DNA of 64,000 nt from Raja brachyura. Lineage: Eukaryota. The translations under genes and the position numbers were made by a program. Shown here one piece after another: positions 13,109-22,469 of this stretch. The stretch's first letter is position 1. Every line of letters begins with the position of its first letter. The notes beneath the pieces are model-generated. The model saw only the letters and a program-made list of their open reading frames with translations. It was not told the origin of the DNA and searched no databases. The stretch covers positions 55,304,001 through 55,368,000 of the forward strand of contig OY740783.1 of the NCBI GenBank assembly GCA_963514005.1, written 5' to 3'.

Positions 13109-13883
13109 TTGGCCTGTCCCACTTAGGCGACTTTTTAGGCGACTGCCGGAGACTATGCAGTCGCCACATGTTCGCGGGTGGTAGTCGGGGAGTCGCCTTC
13201 ATGGTCGTGAGGAGTTCCCGCATTCTGGGAACTAGTCCGGCCTCATTATGGGCACCGTGAATTTTTCAACATGGTGAAAAATTAGTGGCGACTAGAATGA
13301 AGCCGCCATGGAGAGTAGCGAGAATTCTCGTGCCGTAGGTGGGTTGCCAGGAGGTCTTAATGGGTTGCCAGGAGGTCAAAGGTTCTCAGAGGTTCTCGTA
13401 GGTTGTAGCCGGTGTTGACCGGTGAATTTCATTGACTCATTGGGGAAAAAAAAAGGTAAGCAGTAGTTTTCAGAACCGAGGATAACTGACCAGTAATGTT
13501 AAATGTTCGCCGAGCTTCACAGCCGTGTAGCTCTGGCTTCTTAAAAGTTGTCTTCATTCCTTCGCCCTCCTCCCCTCGCCCCCCTCTTTTAAAGGACTTA
13601 CCGCACACTGTGCTTTAGCCGTTTTTACAGCGCCAACCTTCCTGTTCATCGCGGTGTGTATCTGTTTCACATTGGCTTTGCACCGTGTGTATTATTTAGA
13701 CAGCGCTCCCCCCGCTTGCCCTTTTCCCCGCCTGCATAATGGGCTGGTGAAGGAAGTGATGTGCTTGTGTGTGTGTTTCACTCTTGACAGTCACTGTTCC
13801 AGTTGTCGGATTTTCAGGCGACTGCCGGCAACTTGACAGTTGCCGGTAGTCCGCTGAAAAATCGCCTAAGTGGGACAGGCCCA
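13109..13883. mobile_element. PIF/Harbinger-type MITE
   Basis: TIRs GGCCTGTCCCACTTAGGCGA / TCGCCTAAGTGGGACAGGCC; TTA duplicated at 13106-13108 and 13884-13886; same TIR tip as the element at 1042-1611. Confidence 0.8.
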
Positions 13884-14549
13884 TTAAGAAGGAGGTTATG
13901 CAACTCCGTTTTTATTTCATTAAAGTTTGGCATCTATAATTCACAGGTTTCAAGAATACTATGTAGTCCATGGCCTATCCCTATGGAGAAAAGAACTTTA
14001 CACGCATCTTCTTGTGTAAGGTAGATCCTATTCAGTATGGCATCTCATGGTTGAAAGTTGCCCCTGTAGCTCTTGCACAAAACCAAAGTGAACCTCCACA
14101 TTTGATAGCTTGTCACAGATTTTAGAGCTGAAGATTTAGGTGCCTCTTTCTGGGAGATCAGATTCAGCTATGATATCACCCAAAGTCAGAGTGGCTGCAG
14201 AAAGTGAGGAATACGAATCGCTCTTATATTTCTGTTTATGTACCTTGGCTATATTTCCTTGTATTCAATCTTGCACATTCCTTGCTTCACTGCTGTGTTT
14301 CAAAAAGCTCTCTGTCATCTAACCTACTCAATCAATCTAAACTTTGATCACTAAAAATGAACAGACACAGGGAATGCACACTAATGAAGTATGAAAGTTG
14401 TGAAATGTTCTAGTTGTCATCATCCATCTGCACACTTGTGCCTATTTACATGCTGAAGGCTCTGGATAGTGAATTAATTTAACTCACATGCAGCTGCAGC
14501 AATGCAATGCAATGCAATGCGAGGTGAAGGTGCACAGAGATGTGTCCAG

Positions 14550-14735
14550 NNNNNNNNNNNNNNNNNNNNNNNNNNNNNNNNNNNNNNNNNNNNNNNNNNN
14601 NNNNNNNNNNNNNNNNNNNNNNNNNNNNNNNNNNNNNNNNNNNNNNNNNNNNNNNNNNNNNNNNNNNNNNNNNNNNNNNNNNNNNNNNNNNNNNNNNNNN
14701 NNNNNNNNNNNNNNNNNNNNNNNNNNNNNNNNNNN
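14550..14735. other. Assembly gap
   Basis: Run of N. Confidence 1.
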
Positions 14736-15246
14736 TCAGCTCTGCAGTTGTGAAGGATTGAAGCTGCCTTTCAAGGACTTTGCTGTCGATGAGGGCACAG
14801 ACACAGAGGGGCTTCATAGTTTAACTTATCGTTGGGCTGTTGAAGCTTTTCTCTGGTCTGGGGAGCCTCCATCTGTGTGAAGATTCCTGAGTTTCTCCAC
14901 ATTGTCGAGGGTGCGGTTGGCGTTGGCGGATTGCCAAGAGTGCCTGTGATCTCAGTGGGCTGAAGTTGTGCGGTGTCTTTGTCGTTTTTGGCTCCGCTTC
15001 TCTGCCCTAAAGTCATTTTGTCAGTGCGGCTGCCTGGCTTAATGTGAAGAAGGTACTTTTGCGTCCAGCGCGACTGGGATCGAGTTTCCCGTAAGCTGCT
15101 CTTGGCTGTGGACGAACCTGGGGACTTTCCTGCTTCAGCTGGAGGTTTCTGTTTTCTGCTGCCTGTCTTTGACTGTGACTGTCTCTGGGACTTAACTTGG
15201 AGCTGTGCTGCTGAGGGGCTTGGAGCTGGTTTGTGCCTCTGTGAGG

Positions 15247-17601
15247 ATGGCGATGGAAGGGGCGCGGCCGAAGGTCCGGACCTACGCAGCGACGGCATCA
15301 GTGGCGGGTGCGAGGCCATCTGAGCTTGAGCCTCATGTTGACTTGGATGGGGACAGTTTTGGTATTTCTGTTCAAACTGGGCCTATGATGTCTAGGGGGG
15401 TAATTACGAAGGCCATGAATGAACTTCTTGGGAGGGGGGCTATTGTCTCTTCTGAGCTCGAAAGGGGAAAGGTGGAGATGATACTTAAGACCCGGGAGTG
15501 TGTGGCCCGAGCGTTGGAGGAGGGGATCTCAGTGGGGGGGGTCCACGTACAGGTGGATCCGTGGGTATCCAGGGTGAGACCGGTTCTCCTGCGGAGCTGC
15601 CCCACTTATTTTTCGGATGCAGTGCTTATTCCACACCTGTCCAAGTTCGGGGAGGTGCGGTCTAAGTGCTTTAGGCTCTTGCATCCTGGGGGGGACCCGG
15701 AGGAAAAAGGGGTCTTCAGTTTCAAGAGGAGGGTGTTCATGAAGGTGGGTGAGGGGGATGGTGCCGAGGGGAGTTTTGAGGTGGTGCATAAGGGGGTACC
15801 CAGAACCGTGCGTTGGAGTTGGGGAAAGGCACGGTGTCATGCGTGCGGCGAATTTGGACATCTCCGTAGGGAGTGTCTTTTTCGCGGGGGCACTGCTAGA
15901 GGTTCTAGTGCAGTGGCCCAGGAAAGCGCTGCTGGCCCATCTGGGGTGGCTGGTCAAACCTCAGCGGCGCGGGGTGGTACTGCTGACCCGGCTGAGGTTG
16001 CCAGTTCTGCCTTGGTGACCCGGGGCGGCAGTGCTAAGCCTTCTGGGTCCAGAGGTTCTGCTTTGGGGACCCTGGGCAGTGAGAGCCCAAGCCCCCCACG
16101 TCCCCTACGTCTTGCGCCTGTGGCGGTGGATGGAGGTGGGGCGCAGGAGGAGGGGAGTGTTGAGGGGGGGTTTTGGGAGAAGCAGGGGAAGCATAATAAG
16201 AAGAAGGAGAGGGATAGGGCTGCCCAAGCGAAGAAAGTGCAATCGGGTGAGTTTGGCTCCAGTGTGGTGCAGACTGCACCTGCTGGGGCCCAGGGGGGAG
16301 TTGTGGTGGCTCGGAAGGGGGGAAAGAAGTCTAAACGTGTGGGTGGCAAAGTGGTTGGGGGTAATGTGGAGGCGGATGACCCTTCCCTTATGGAGGTTAC
16401 CGCACCTCCGCATGCGAGTGGGACTAAAAGGAGGCATTTGCCTGGTGAAGAGGAGGAAGGGCGTGGGTCCAGAGCGAAGGGGATGTCTTTCTCCGAGCTT
16501 TCCACCACTGAGGTGGCTGAAAGTGGTCTTGACCCGGTGTCTTCTGGGTCGGTGGTTGGGCCTTCTCTTCATGGATCTACAGCGGGTGTCACCGGACTGG
16601 GTGCTGAAGTTGATTCCGGTGGAGTTGTGTCCACTGGGCGGGAGTCTGTCCCTTCATCTCAGGGGCCCTCTGAGGGAGTTATCTCGGCGGATGCTGTGGT
16701 TAGCTCCCTTGGGTGTGTACCCTCTGGGTCGGATGAGGTCCCCTCGTTTCAGAGGCCTACTGAGGGTGCTAGCACGGTAGATGACGTGGTTGGCTCCTCT
16801 GGTAGTGTGCCCTCTGTGACGGGGGATGGGCAGAGTCAGGCTGAGGGGGGAGTTTCGGGGGTGTTGTCGTTCAAGTCTGTGCTCCATATCAGTGCCAGTG
16901 GAGGTGCTGGGGGGCGGGATGCCTCACCGGATGAGTTGTCTGGGGTGAGGTTAATGGCAGGTGGTGATTCTCTGGGTGATGCCTGTGGAGAGGGCACTCT
17001 GGATGATGTGGAGGTCAGGGCTGTTATGGGACGTGATCCTCTTTCAGACTCCGAGGGTGCCAGTGTTCCACAGGCCCTGGGGATGCCTCTTGTTGTTGCT
17101 TCCCCAGGCCCAGAGGAGGAGGGTGATGGTAGCGGGCAGGAGCCCAGCCATTCAGAGGGCTGCGAGTCTCAGGTAGGGGTGCTGGGACCCACCCCCAGCA
17201 TTGATCCGGGTGGTCGTGTCATGGCTGTGGAGGAGGATAGCGATGCGGCCAGTGGGGGGGGCTCAGAGTGTGATGTGTCAGACAGTTCTGGTCTTTCTGA
17301 GGTTGTTGATTCAGGTGCGAGCGGGTTGGCTGAGAGCCCAGACTCCAAGGCCGTGTCTGAGGCGAAGCTTATTGTTGAGGTGCGAGAGTTCTTAAAAATA
17401 AGTCGTGCTCCCAAAACATTATGGTGGGCCATTACAAGGAGATGGGAGGATTGGCCAGATGTGCGGGAGAGTCTCGAGGCTATCCTTAGTAACAAGGATA
17501 GTGGTCTTTCTGACTCGGATTTGGGGCAGTTTTGGGGTTTGTTGAAGGTCCTCAGAAAAGGACCTCCTGTGACTACAGGGAGTGTGAGGGTCACAATCTA
17601 A
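15247..17601 (+). CDS. Tx1 ORF1 (gag-like nucleic-acid-binding protein, 784 aa from the first ATG)
   Basis: CCHC zinc knuckle CHACGEFGHLRREC preceded by an RRM-like region, then a long G/S/E-rich low-complexity tail; first in-frame ATG at 15247 in aggATGg context (the ORF track starts at GTG 15205). Confidence 0.85.
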   Translation: MAMEGARPKVRTYAATASVAGARPSELEPHVDLDGDSFGISVQTGPMMSRGVITKAMNELLGRGAIVSSELERGKVEMILKTRECVARALEEGISVGGVHVQVDPWVSRVRPVLLRSCPTYFSDAVLIPHLSKFGEVRSKCFRLLHPGGDPEEKGVFSFKRRVFMKVGEGDGAEGSFEVVHKGVPRTVRWSWGKARCHACGEFGHLRRECLFRGGTARGSSAVAQESAAGPSGVAGQTSAARGGTADPAEVASSALVTRGGSAKPSGSRGSALGTLGSESPSPPRPLRLAPVAVDGGGAQEEGSVEGGFWEKQGKHNKKKERDRAAQAKKVQSGEFGSSVVQTAPAGAQGGVVVARKGGKKSKRVGGKVVGGNVEADDPSLMEVTAPPHASGTKRRHLPGEEEEGRGSRAKGMSFSELSTTEVAESGLDPVSSGSVVGPSLHGSTAGVTGLGAEVDSGGVVSTGRESVPSSQGPSEGVISADAVVSSLGCVPSGSDEVPSFQRPTEGASTVDDVVGSSGSVPSVTGDGQSQAEGGVSGVLSFKSVLHISASGGAGGRDASPDELSGVRLMAGGDSLGDACGEGTLDDVEVRAVMGRDPLSDSEGASVPQALGMPLVVASPGPEEEGDGSGQEPSHSEGCESQVGVLGPTPSIDPGGRVMAVEEDSDAASGGGSECDVSDSSGLSEVVDSGASGLAESPDSKAVSEAKLIVEVREFLKISRAPKTLWWAITRRWEDWPDVRESLEAILSNKDSGLSDSDLGQFWGLLKVLRKGPPVTTGSVRVTI

Positions 17602-20600
17602 TGTGTCTACACATTCACAGTAGCTACATTAAATTTAAATGGGAGTAGAGCGAGTTTTCGAAGATTTCAGCTCTTATCAGCCCTAAGGGAGGGGAGATTT
17701 GCAGTTTGTTATCTGCAAGAGACACATACCGTTGCTAGTGATGAACCTACCTGGCAACTGGAGTGGGAAGGGAGGGTTTATATGAGCCATCTCAGCTCAA
17801 ATTCGAGTGGGGTGGCTTTTTTGTTGGCCCCAAATTTTCTGCCAAGCATTTTAAAAGTGCAGGAAGTGGTGCCAGGACGTTTGCTCCATCTGGCCGTGAG
17901 CCTGGATGGCATGCCGTTGCATTTCATTAACGTGTATGCCCCTAGCTCCGGCACGATGCAGGCCGGCCTGCTTCGGGAGGTGAATGCTCTGTTGGGCACT
18001 ATTGATAGGGGAGAGTGTGTCTTCCTTGGTGGGGACTTTAATTGCACACTTGAGGTGCGGGACCGTTCTGGTACTCAGTGTGCGCCTGCTGTAGCGAAGA
18101 AGCTGAGAGGCTTGATTGACTCCTTTGAGTTGGTTGATGTTTGGAGGGACCTTCACCCTGATTCCACTGCTTTTTCGCGGAGGTCTGAGGGCGGTGGTTC
18201 CCGCATTGATCGGTTTTATATTTCCCGAGCGTTTGTTTCCCGTGTCTCAGCGGCCTCAATGCGGCTGGTGCCGTGCTCGGACCATTGTCTGGTGCGTGTG
18301 GATTTCAATCCAGCGTGCGCTCGGGCTGGGTCCGCGTACTGGCACTTTAACAACAGGCTGCTGGAGGATCGGTGTTTCCGGGAGTCATTCACTCGGTTTT
18401 GGGTGAAGTGGAGAGAGAGGCAGAGGTGCTTCTCTTCCCTTAGGCAGTGGTGGGATGTGGGTAAAGCTCACATCCGTCTCTTTTGTAAGGAATATACATG
18501 GGGGTCGACTGGGAGGCGGGACTCAGCGGTCGCGAAGCTGGAGAGGGAGATACAGGACGCTGAGTCTCGCCTGGGTCAGTTTGGTGAAGACTCCAGCGAA
18601 TGGGGAGAGTTTCAGAGGAAGAAGGAGGTTTTGAGGAGTCTGCTGCTTGAGCGATCTCGAGGCGCTTATGTGAGGTCTCGGGTCCAGATGCTGCACGAGC
18701 TGGACCGAGCGTCGCCTTTCTTTTTCTCTTTGGAGAAGGGGCGGGGAGCTCGAAAACAGCTCGTGGAGTTGCTTGCAGATGACGGCTCCTCTGTCACTGA
18801 TCCAGAGAGGATTAATGCCTTGGTTAGGTCCTTTTATGGGACCCTGTTCTCTGCGGAAGGATTCAGTGTGGAGGCTCAGCAAGATCTGTGGGAGGGTCTA
18901 CCGGCCGTAGATAGGGGGGAGGCTGATCTTCTTGATGGCCCCTTATCTTTGGAGGAGTTGACTTGCGCCTTGCATCAGCTCAGGAGGGGTAAGTCCCCCG
19001 GGCTGGATGGGTTGACGGTGGAGTTTGTTAGAGCATTCTGGGACGTCCTAGGGGGTGACTATATGTTGGTTTTGGGGGAGAGCCTGGCGACTGGAGTGAT
19101 GCCTCTCTCGTGGCGTAGGACGGTTGTTGTCTTGCTGCCTAAGAAGGGCGAACTCCGTTTGTTGAAGAACTGGCGTCCAGTCTCTCTCCTTTGCACAGAA
19201 TATAAAATTTTTGCACGGGCAATGGCAAATCGCCTGGGCTCCGTGCTGCATCAAGTGATTCATCCTGATCAATCTTATACAGTCCCTGGCCGGTCCATCC
19301 AGGATAACATCCACCTGGTTAGGGACCTGATTCATTTAGTCCAGGGTACTGGTGAGTCAGCTGCTTTTCTGTCTCTTGATCAGGAGAAGGCTTTTGATAG
19401 GGTAGAGCATGAATACCTATTTGGGACGTTGCAAGCGTTTGGGTTTGGACCACACTTCGTGGCCCGGGTCCGGCTTTTGTACGCTGCGGCGGAGTGTCTT
19501 GTAAAGGTTAATGGCGCGGTGCTATCTCCTTTTCATTTTGGGAGGGGGGTCCGCCAGGGGTGCCCTATGTCGGGCCAGTTGTATTCGGTCTGTGTGGAGC
19601 CGTTCCTGTGTCTTCTTCGGAGGAGGTTGACAGGCCTGGCCCTACCTGGCCCGCGGGTTGAGGTGATTCTATCGGCGTATGCCGATGACGTACTTCTTAT
19701 GTTCACTGATCCTGGTGACCTGCGGAGGATGCGTGACTGCCAGGAGATATTCTCGGCTGCATCTTCTGCTAGGATTAACTGGAGTAAGTGCTCTGGACTT
19801 TTGGTGGGTCAGTGGCGGGTAGACTCCCTGCCGGAGGAGATGGCATTGTATGCGTGGAGTACCACGCACCTCCTCTATCTGGGGGTGTACCTGAGTCCCA
19901 CTGAGGATGTTTGGCCGGCAAACTGGCAAGAGTTGGAGACGAAGGTGGTTGCTCGGCTGGGGCGCTGGTCAGGCCTGCTTGGAGTTCTCTCCTTTCGGGG
20001 GAGGGTGCTGGTCATAAACCAGCTGGTGGCCTCTATGTTATGGTACCGGCTGGCTACTCTTGTCCCGCCCTCTATATTTGTAACTGCTATACAGAAGAAG
20101 CTGGTGGATTTCTTTTGGGGAAATAGGAAGCATTGGATTTCCGCGGCGGTCCTGAGTCTTCCGTTAGAGGAGGGCGGCCAGTCCTTGGTGTGCGTGCGCA
20201 CCCAGGTGGCGGCTCTCCGTCTCAGGACTCTGCGGAGATACATGTATGTAGAGAACCCTCCCAGATGGCACGCTCTGGCCACGTATTTTTTTCGTCAGGG
20301 TCGTTGCCTAAGGGGGGTCTCGCGGCTCCCGGTGGCGGGTGTCAGTCGACCCGCCCTAAGGGGCTTGCCTGTTTTCTATAGGGATGTGTTAAGAGTGAGG
20401 AATTTGGTGGTGTTCAGCCAGAGTGTTGTTCCACGAGGAGAGGGGGATGTTGTGGTTGCGGGTGTGGCTGGTCCTCATCCTGTCATGGTGGTTGTCGAGG
20501 AAAGGCGCGAGCCTAGAGTGGTTCAGATAGAGCTTACCCCTGCTCCGTCAGATCTGCTCATCGGGCCTAGGCTTCGGGATATTTCTCGGCCTCCGGCTCC

Positions 20601-21309
20601 GCATAATCTGAGCTGCCTTTCTGAGATGACCAGCATGCCATTTTGTGATGCAAGGAGACGCGCACTGTACAGGATGCTCCTGCACATTCTGAACCACCGT
20701 GCCTTCGTCTCCCGTTCTGACTCACCATGGAGGACGGTGTTACCATCCGAAGGCGGCGGGGGGCCCCAGTGGGGGTCCTTCTATAAGGGAGTTGTACCCC
20801 TTTATATTGGGGACCTGGGGTGGAGAGTGCTGCATGGAGCGGTGGTTTGTAATAAACTTTTGAGTCGGTTCACGGGCTCGTCTGCCGCATGTATTTTCTG
20901 CGGAGAGGAGGAGACCGTATTCCATGTGTATGTGGAGTGTGTGAGGTTACTGCCCCTGTACCAATATCTGAAGGGGTTGTTCCTCAAGTTCTGGCTGCAT
21001 TTTAGCCCCACAATCCTGGTGTTTGGACACAAGGCGGGGAGTGGGGAGAGCCGAGTGTGGGGGGGGGACTTACCTGTCGGTTTGCTCCTTGGCCTGGCCA
21101 AGATGGCCATTCGTGGGTCCAGGCAGCGGGCGGTCGACGGTCTGGCGAGAGTCGGCTGCCTGCCCCTCTTTCGGGCCTACGTCCGTGCACGTGTGTCCCT
21201 GGAGAGGGAACACGCGGTGTTCACGGGGACTCTGGAGGCCTTCCGTCAGCGCTGGTCGCCGCGTGGGGTTGAGGCGATTATAAATGAATGTACTGCTTTA
21301 CTACAATGA
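17602..21309 (+). CDS. Tx1 ORF2 (APE endonuclease, reverse transcriptase, C-terminal CCHC zinc finger)
   Basis: The frame is open from 17602: TVATLNLNG and CYLQETH (APE N-terminal motifs), GGDFN, SRIDRF, SDH; RT motifs KSPGLDG, NWRPVSLL, DQEKAFD, RQGCP, YADD; CIFCGEEETVFHVYVEC. First ATG only at 17782. Confidence 0.9.
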   Translation, partial: CVYTFTVATLNLNGSRASFRRFQLLSALREGRFAVCYLQETHTVASDEPTWQLEWEGRVYMSHLSSNSSGVAFLLAPNFLPSILKVQEVVPGRLLHLAVSLDGMPLHFINVYAPSSGTMQAGLLREVNALLGTIDRGECVFLGGDFNCTLEVRDRSGTQCAPAVAKKLRGLIDSFELVDVWRDLHPDSTAFSRRSEGGGSRIDRFYISRAFVSRVSAASMRLVPCSDHCLVRVDFNPACARAGSAYWHFNNRLLEDRCFRESFTRFWVKWRERQRCFSSLRQWWDVGKAHIRLFCKEYTWGSTGRRDSAVAKLEREIQDAESRLGQFGEDSSEWGEFQRKKEVLRSLLLERSRGAYVRSRVQMLHELDRASPFFFSLEKGRGARKQLVELLADDGSSVTDPERINALVRSFYGTLFSAEGFSVEAQQDLWEGLPAVDRGEADLLDGPLSLEELTCALHQLRRGKSPGLDGLTVEFVRAFWDVLGGDYMLVLGESLATGVMPLSWRRTVVVLLPKKGELRLLKNWRPVSLLCTEYKIFARAMANRLGSVLHQVIHPDQSYTVPGRSIQDNIHLVRDLIHLVQGTGESAAFLSLDQEKAFDRVEHEYLFGTLQAFGFGPHFVARVRLLYAAAECLVKVNGAVLSPFHFGRGVRQGCPMSGQLYSVCVEPFLCLLRRRLTGLALPGPRVEVILSAYADDVLLMFTDPGDLRRMRDCQEIFSAASSARINWSKCSGLLVGQWRVDSLPEEMALYAWSTTHLLYLGVYLSPTEDVWPANWQELETKVVARLGRWSGLLGVLSFRGRVLVINQLVASMLWYRLATLVPPSIFVTAIQKKLVDFFWGNRKHWISAAVLSLPLEEGGQSLVCVRTQVAALRLRTLRRYMYVENPPRWHALATYFFRQGRCLRGVSRLPVAGVSRPALRGLPVFYRDVLRVRNLVVFSQSVVPRGEGDVVVAGVAGPHPVMVVVEERREPRVVQIELTPAPSDLLIGPRLRDISRPPAPHNLSCLSEMTSMPFCDARRRALYRMLLHILNHRAFVSRSDSPWRTVLPSEGGGGPQWGSFYKGVVPLYIGDLGWRVLHGAVVCNKLLSRFTGSSAACIFCGEEETVFHVYVECVRLLPLYQYLKGLFLKFWLHFSPTILVFGHKAGSGESRVWGGDLPVGLLLGLAKMAIRGSRQRAVDGLARVGCLPLFRAYVRARVSLEREHAVFTGTLEAFRQRWSPRGVEAIINECTALLQ

Positions 21310-21390
21310 TCTGTTCATTATAGTGTGATTTTTGATTGTGTTTTGATGTGTTGTATTTTATGATTTGTGTTGAATAAAGTTTTTGAAATG

Positions 21391-21431
<41 letters not shown>

Positions 21432-22469
21432 AGAGAGAGAGAGTAGAGCAAGAAGATTGTGAAGTTAACAATGTGTAAGCAGAGAGAGCATGAAGAAATG
21501 AATAGTTAGAAAGTGCTGGAGTAACTCAGTGCATGAGTCAGCATCTCTGGAGAACATGGATAGGTGACATTTTGGGTCAAGACCCTTCTTCAGAGTAAAG
21601 TCAGGAAATGAATAGGTGAGAAAGAAAGAACAAAATTGCAGCTTGAGATCAACTGGAACACAGAAACAATTAATATGTCTAAACATCTGCATTGATCTTA
21701 AATTTGTACACCGGTAGTTCTACAAGAACAAAATGTTTAATAACAGTTCAATCTATGAATGGTAATGTTGATAGAGGATGCTGGGATGTCGAGATTAGAT
21801 GACACCTTATCTGCTTCTTGAATGTTATATGGACATTTAAGCATGTTAAATGGACATTTAAGCATTTTAAATGATAGGCCAGAGACCTTTATTCATATAA
21901 TGGTATTAGCCAAGAAAAGAGGATTCAAAATCCTTGTCCAAAACAGGTGCAGGTCACTTTTAGTGATCGAATACGAAGTATAATATCCCACTTTGCTTGT
22001 CCCCGAGCAAGATTGGATTGTTCAGTGAACAAATGGGATTGTGGTGGCCACTGTCATGAAAAAGAGACCTCAATGTGACCTGTCTTGTGACCTGTCTGGT
22101 GATCCTTAAATCCTCACACACAATGTATGGGGAAACCCATGTTTTCAGGTTTCTCAACTGAAAACCCCTTACTCCAGCTTATAGTTCCCTGCCCTGTCGA
22201 TCACAGGACAACATGGGCTTTGGACCAGTGGACTGTTCCTGTTACAGGATGTCTGATACCTTTTTATTCATTCAGAGGATGTAAACGTCATTTGAATCTC
22301 TTGAGTGACATATAGTTAAATTGTCTAGATCCTAGCAAAAAGGACAAGAATCAACAATCAGTTGAGATTGGGGTGATGGCTGGAAACCTGCACTTTGCAT
22401 GAACTGTTTTTTAAAGAAAGGTTCTTCTGGGGAAGTGAGCAGAATAGCATTTCCTTTCAATTGATTATC

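Larger units (their letters stand above)
14736..21428 (+). mobile_element. Near full-length Tx1-clade (L1 group) non-LTR retrotransposon
   Basis: 5' UTR, ORF1, ORF2, short 3' UTR with AATAAA (21373-21378) and an uninterrupted A38 tail (21391-21428); the 5' end runs into an assembly gap. Confidence 0.92.

Noticed and set aside
14479-14880. ORFs spanning the N runs (also 29480-30094)
   Set aside because: Open only because the gaps translate as X.
14771-15319. 182-aa antisense ORF in the Tx1 5' region (ORF0-like)
   Set aside because: Low-complexity S/P/Q/K peptide on a stop-poor strand with no recognisable motif; no support without conservation data.
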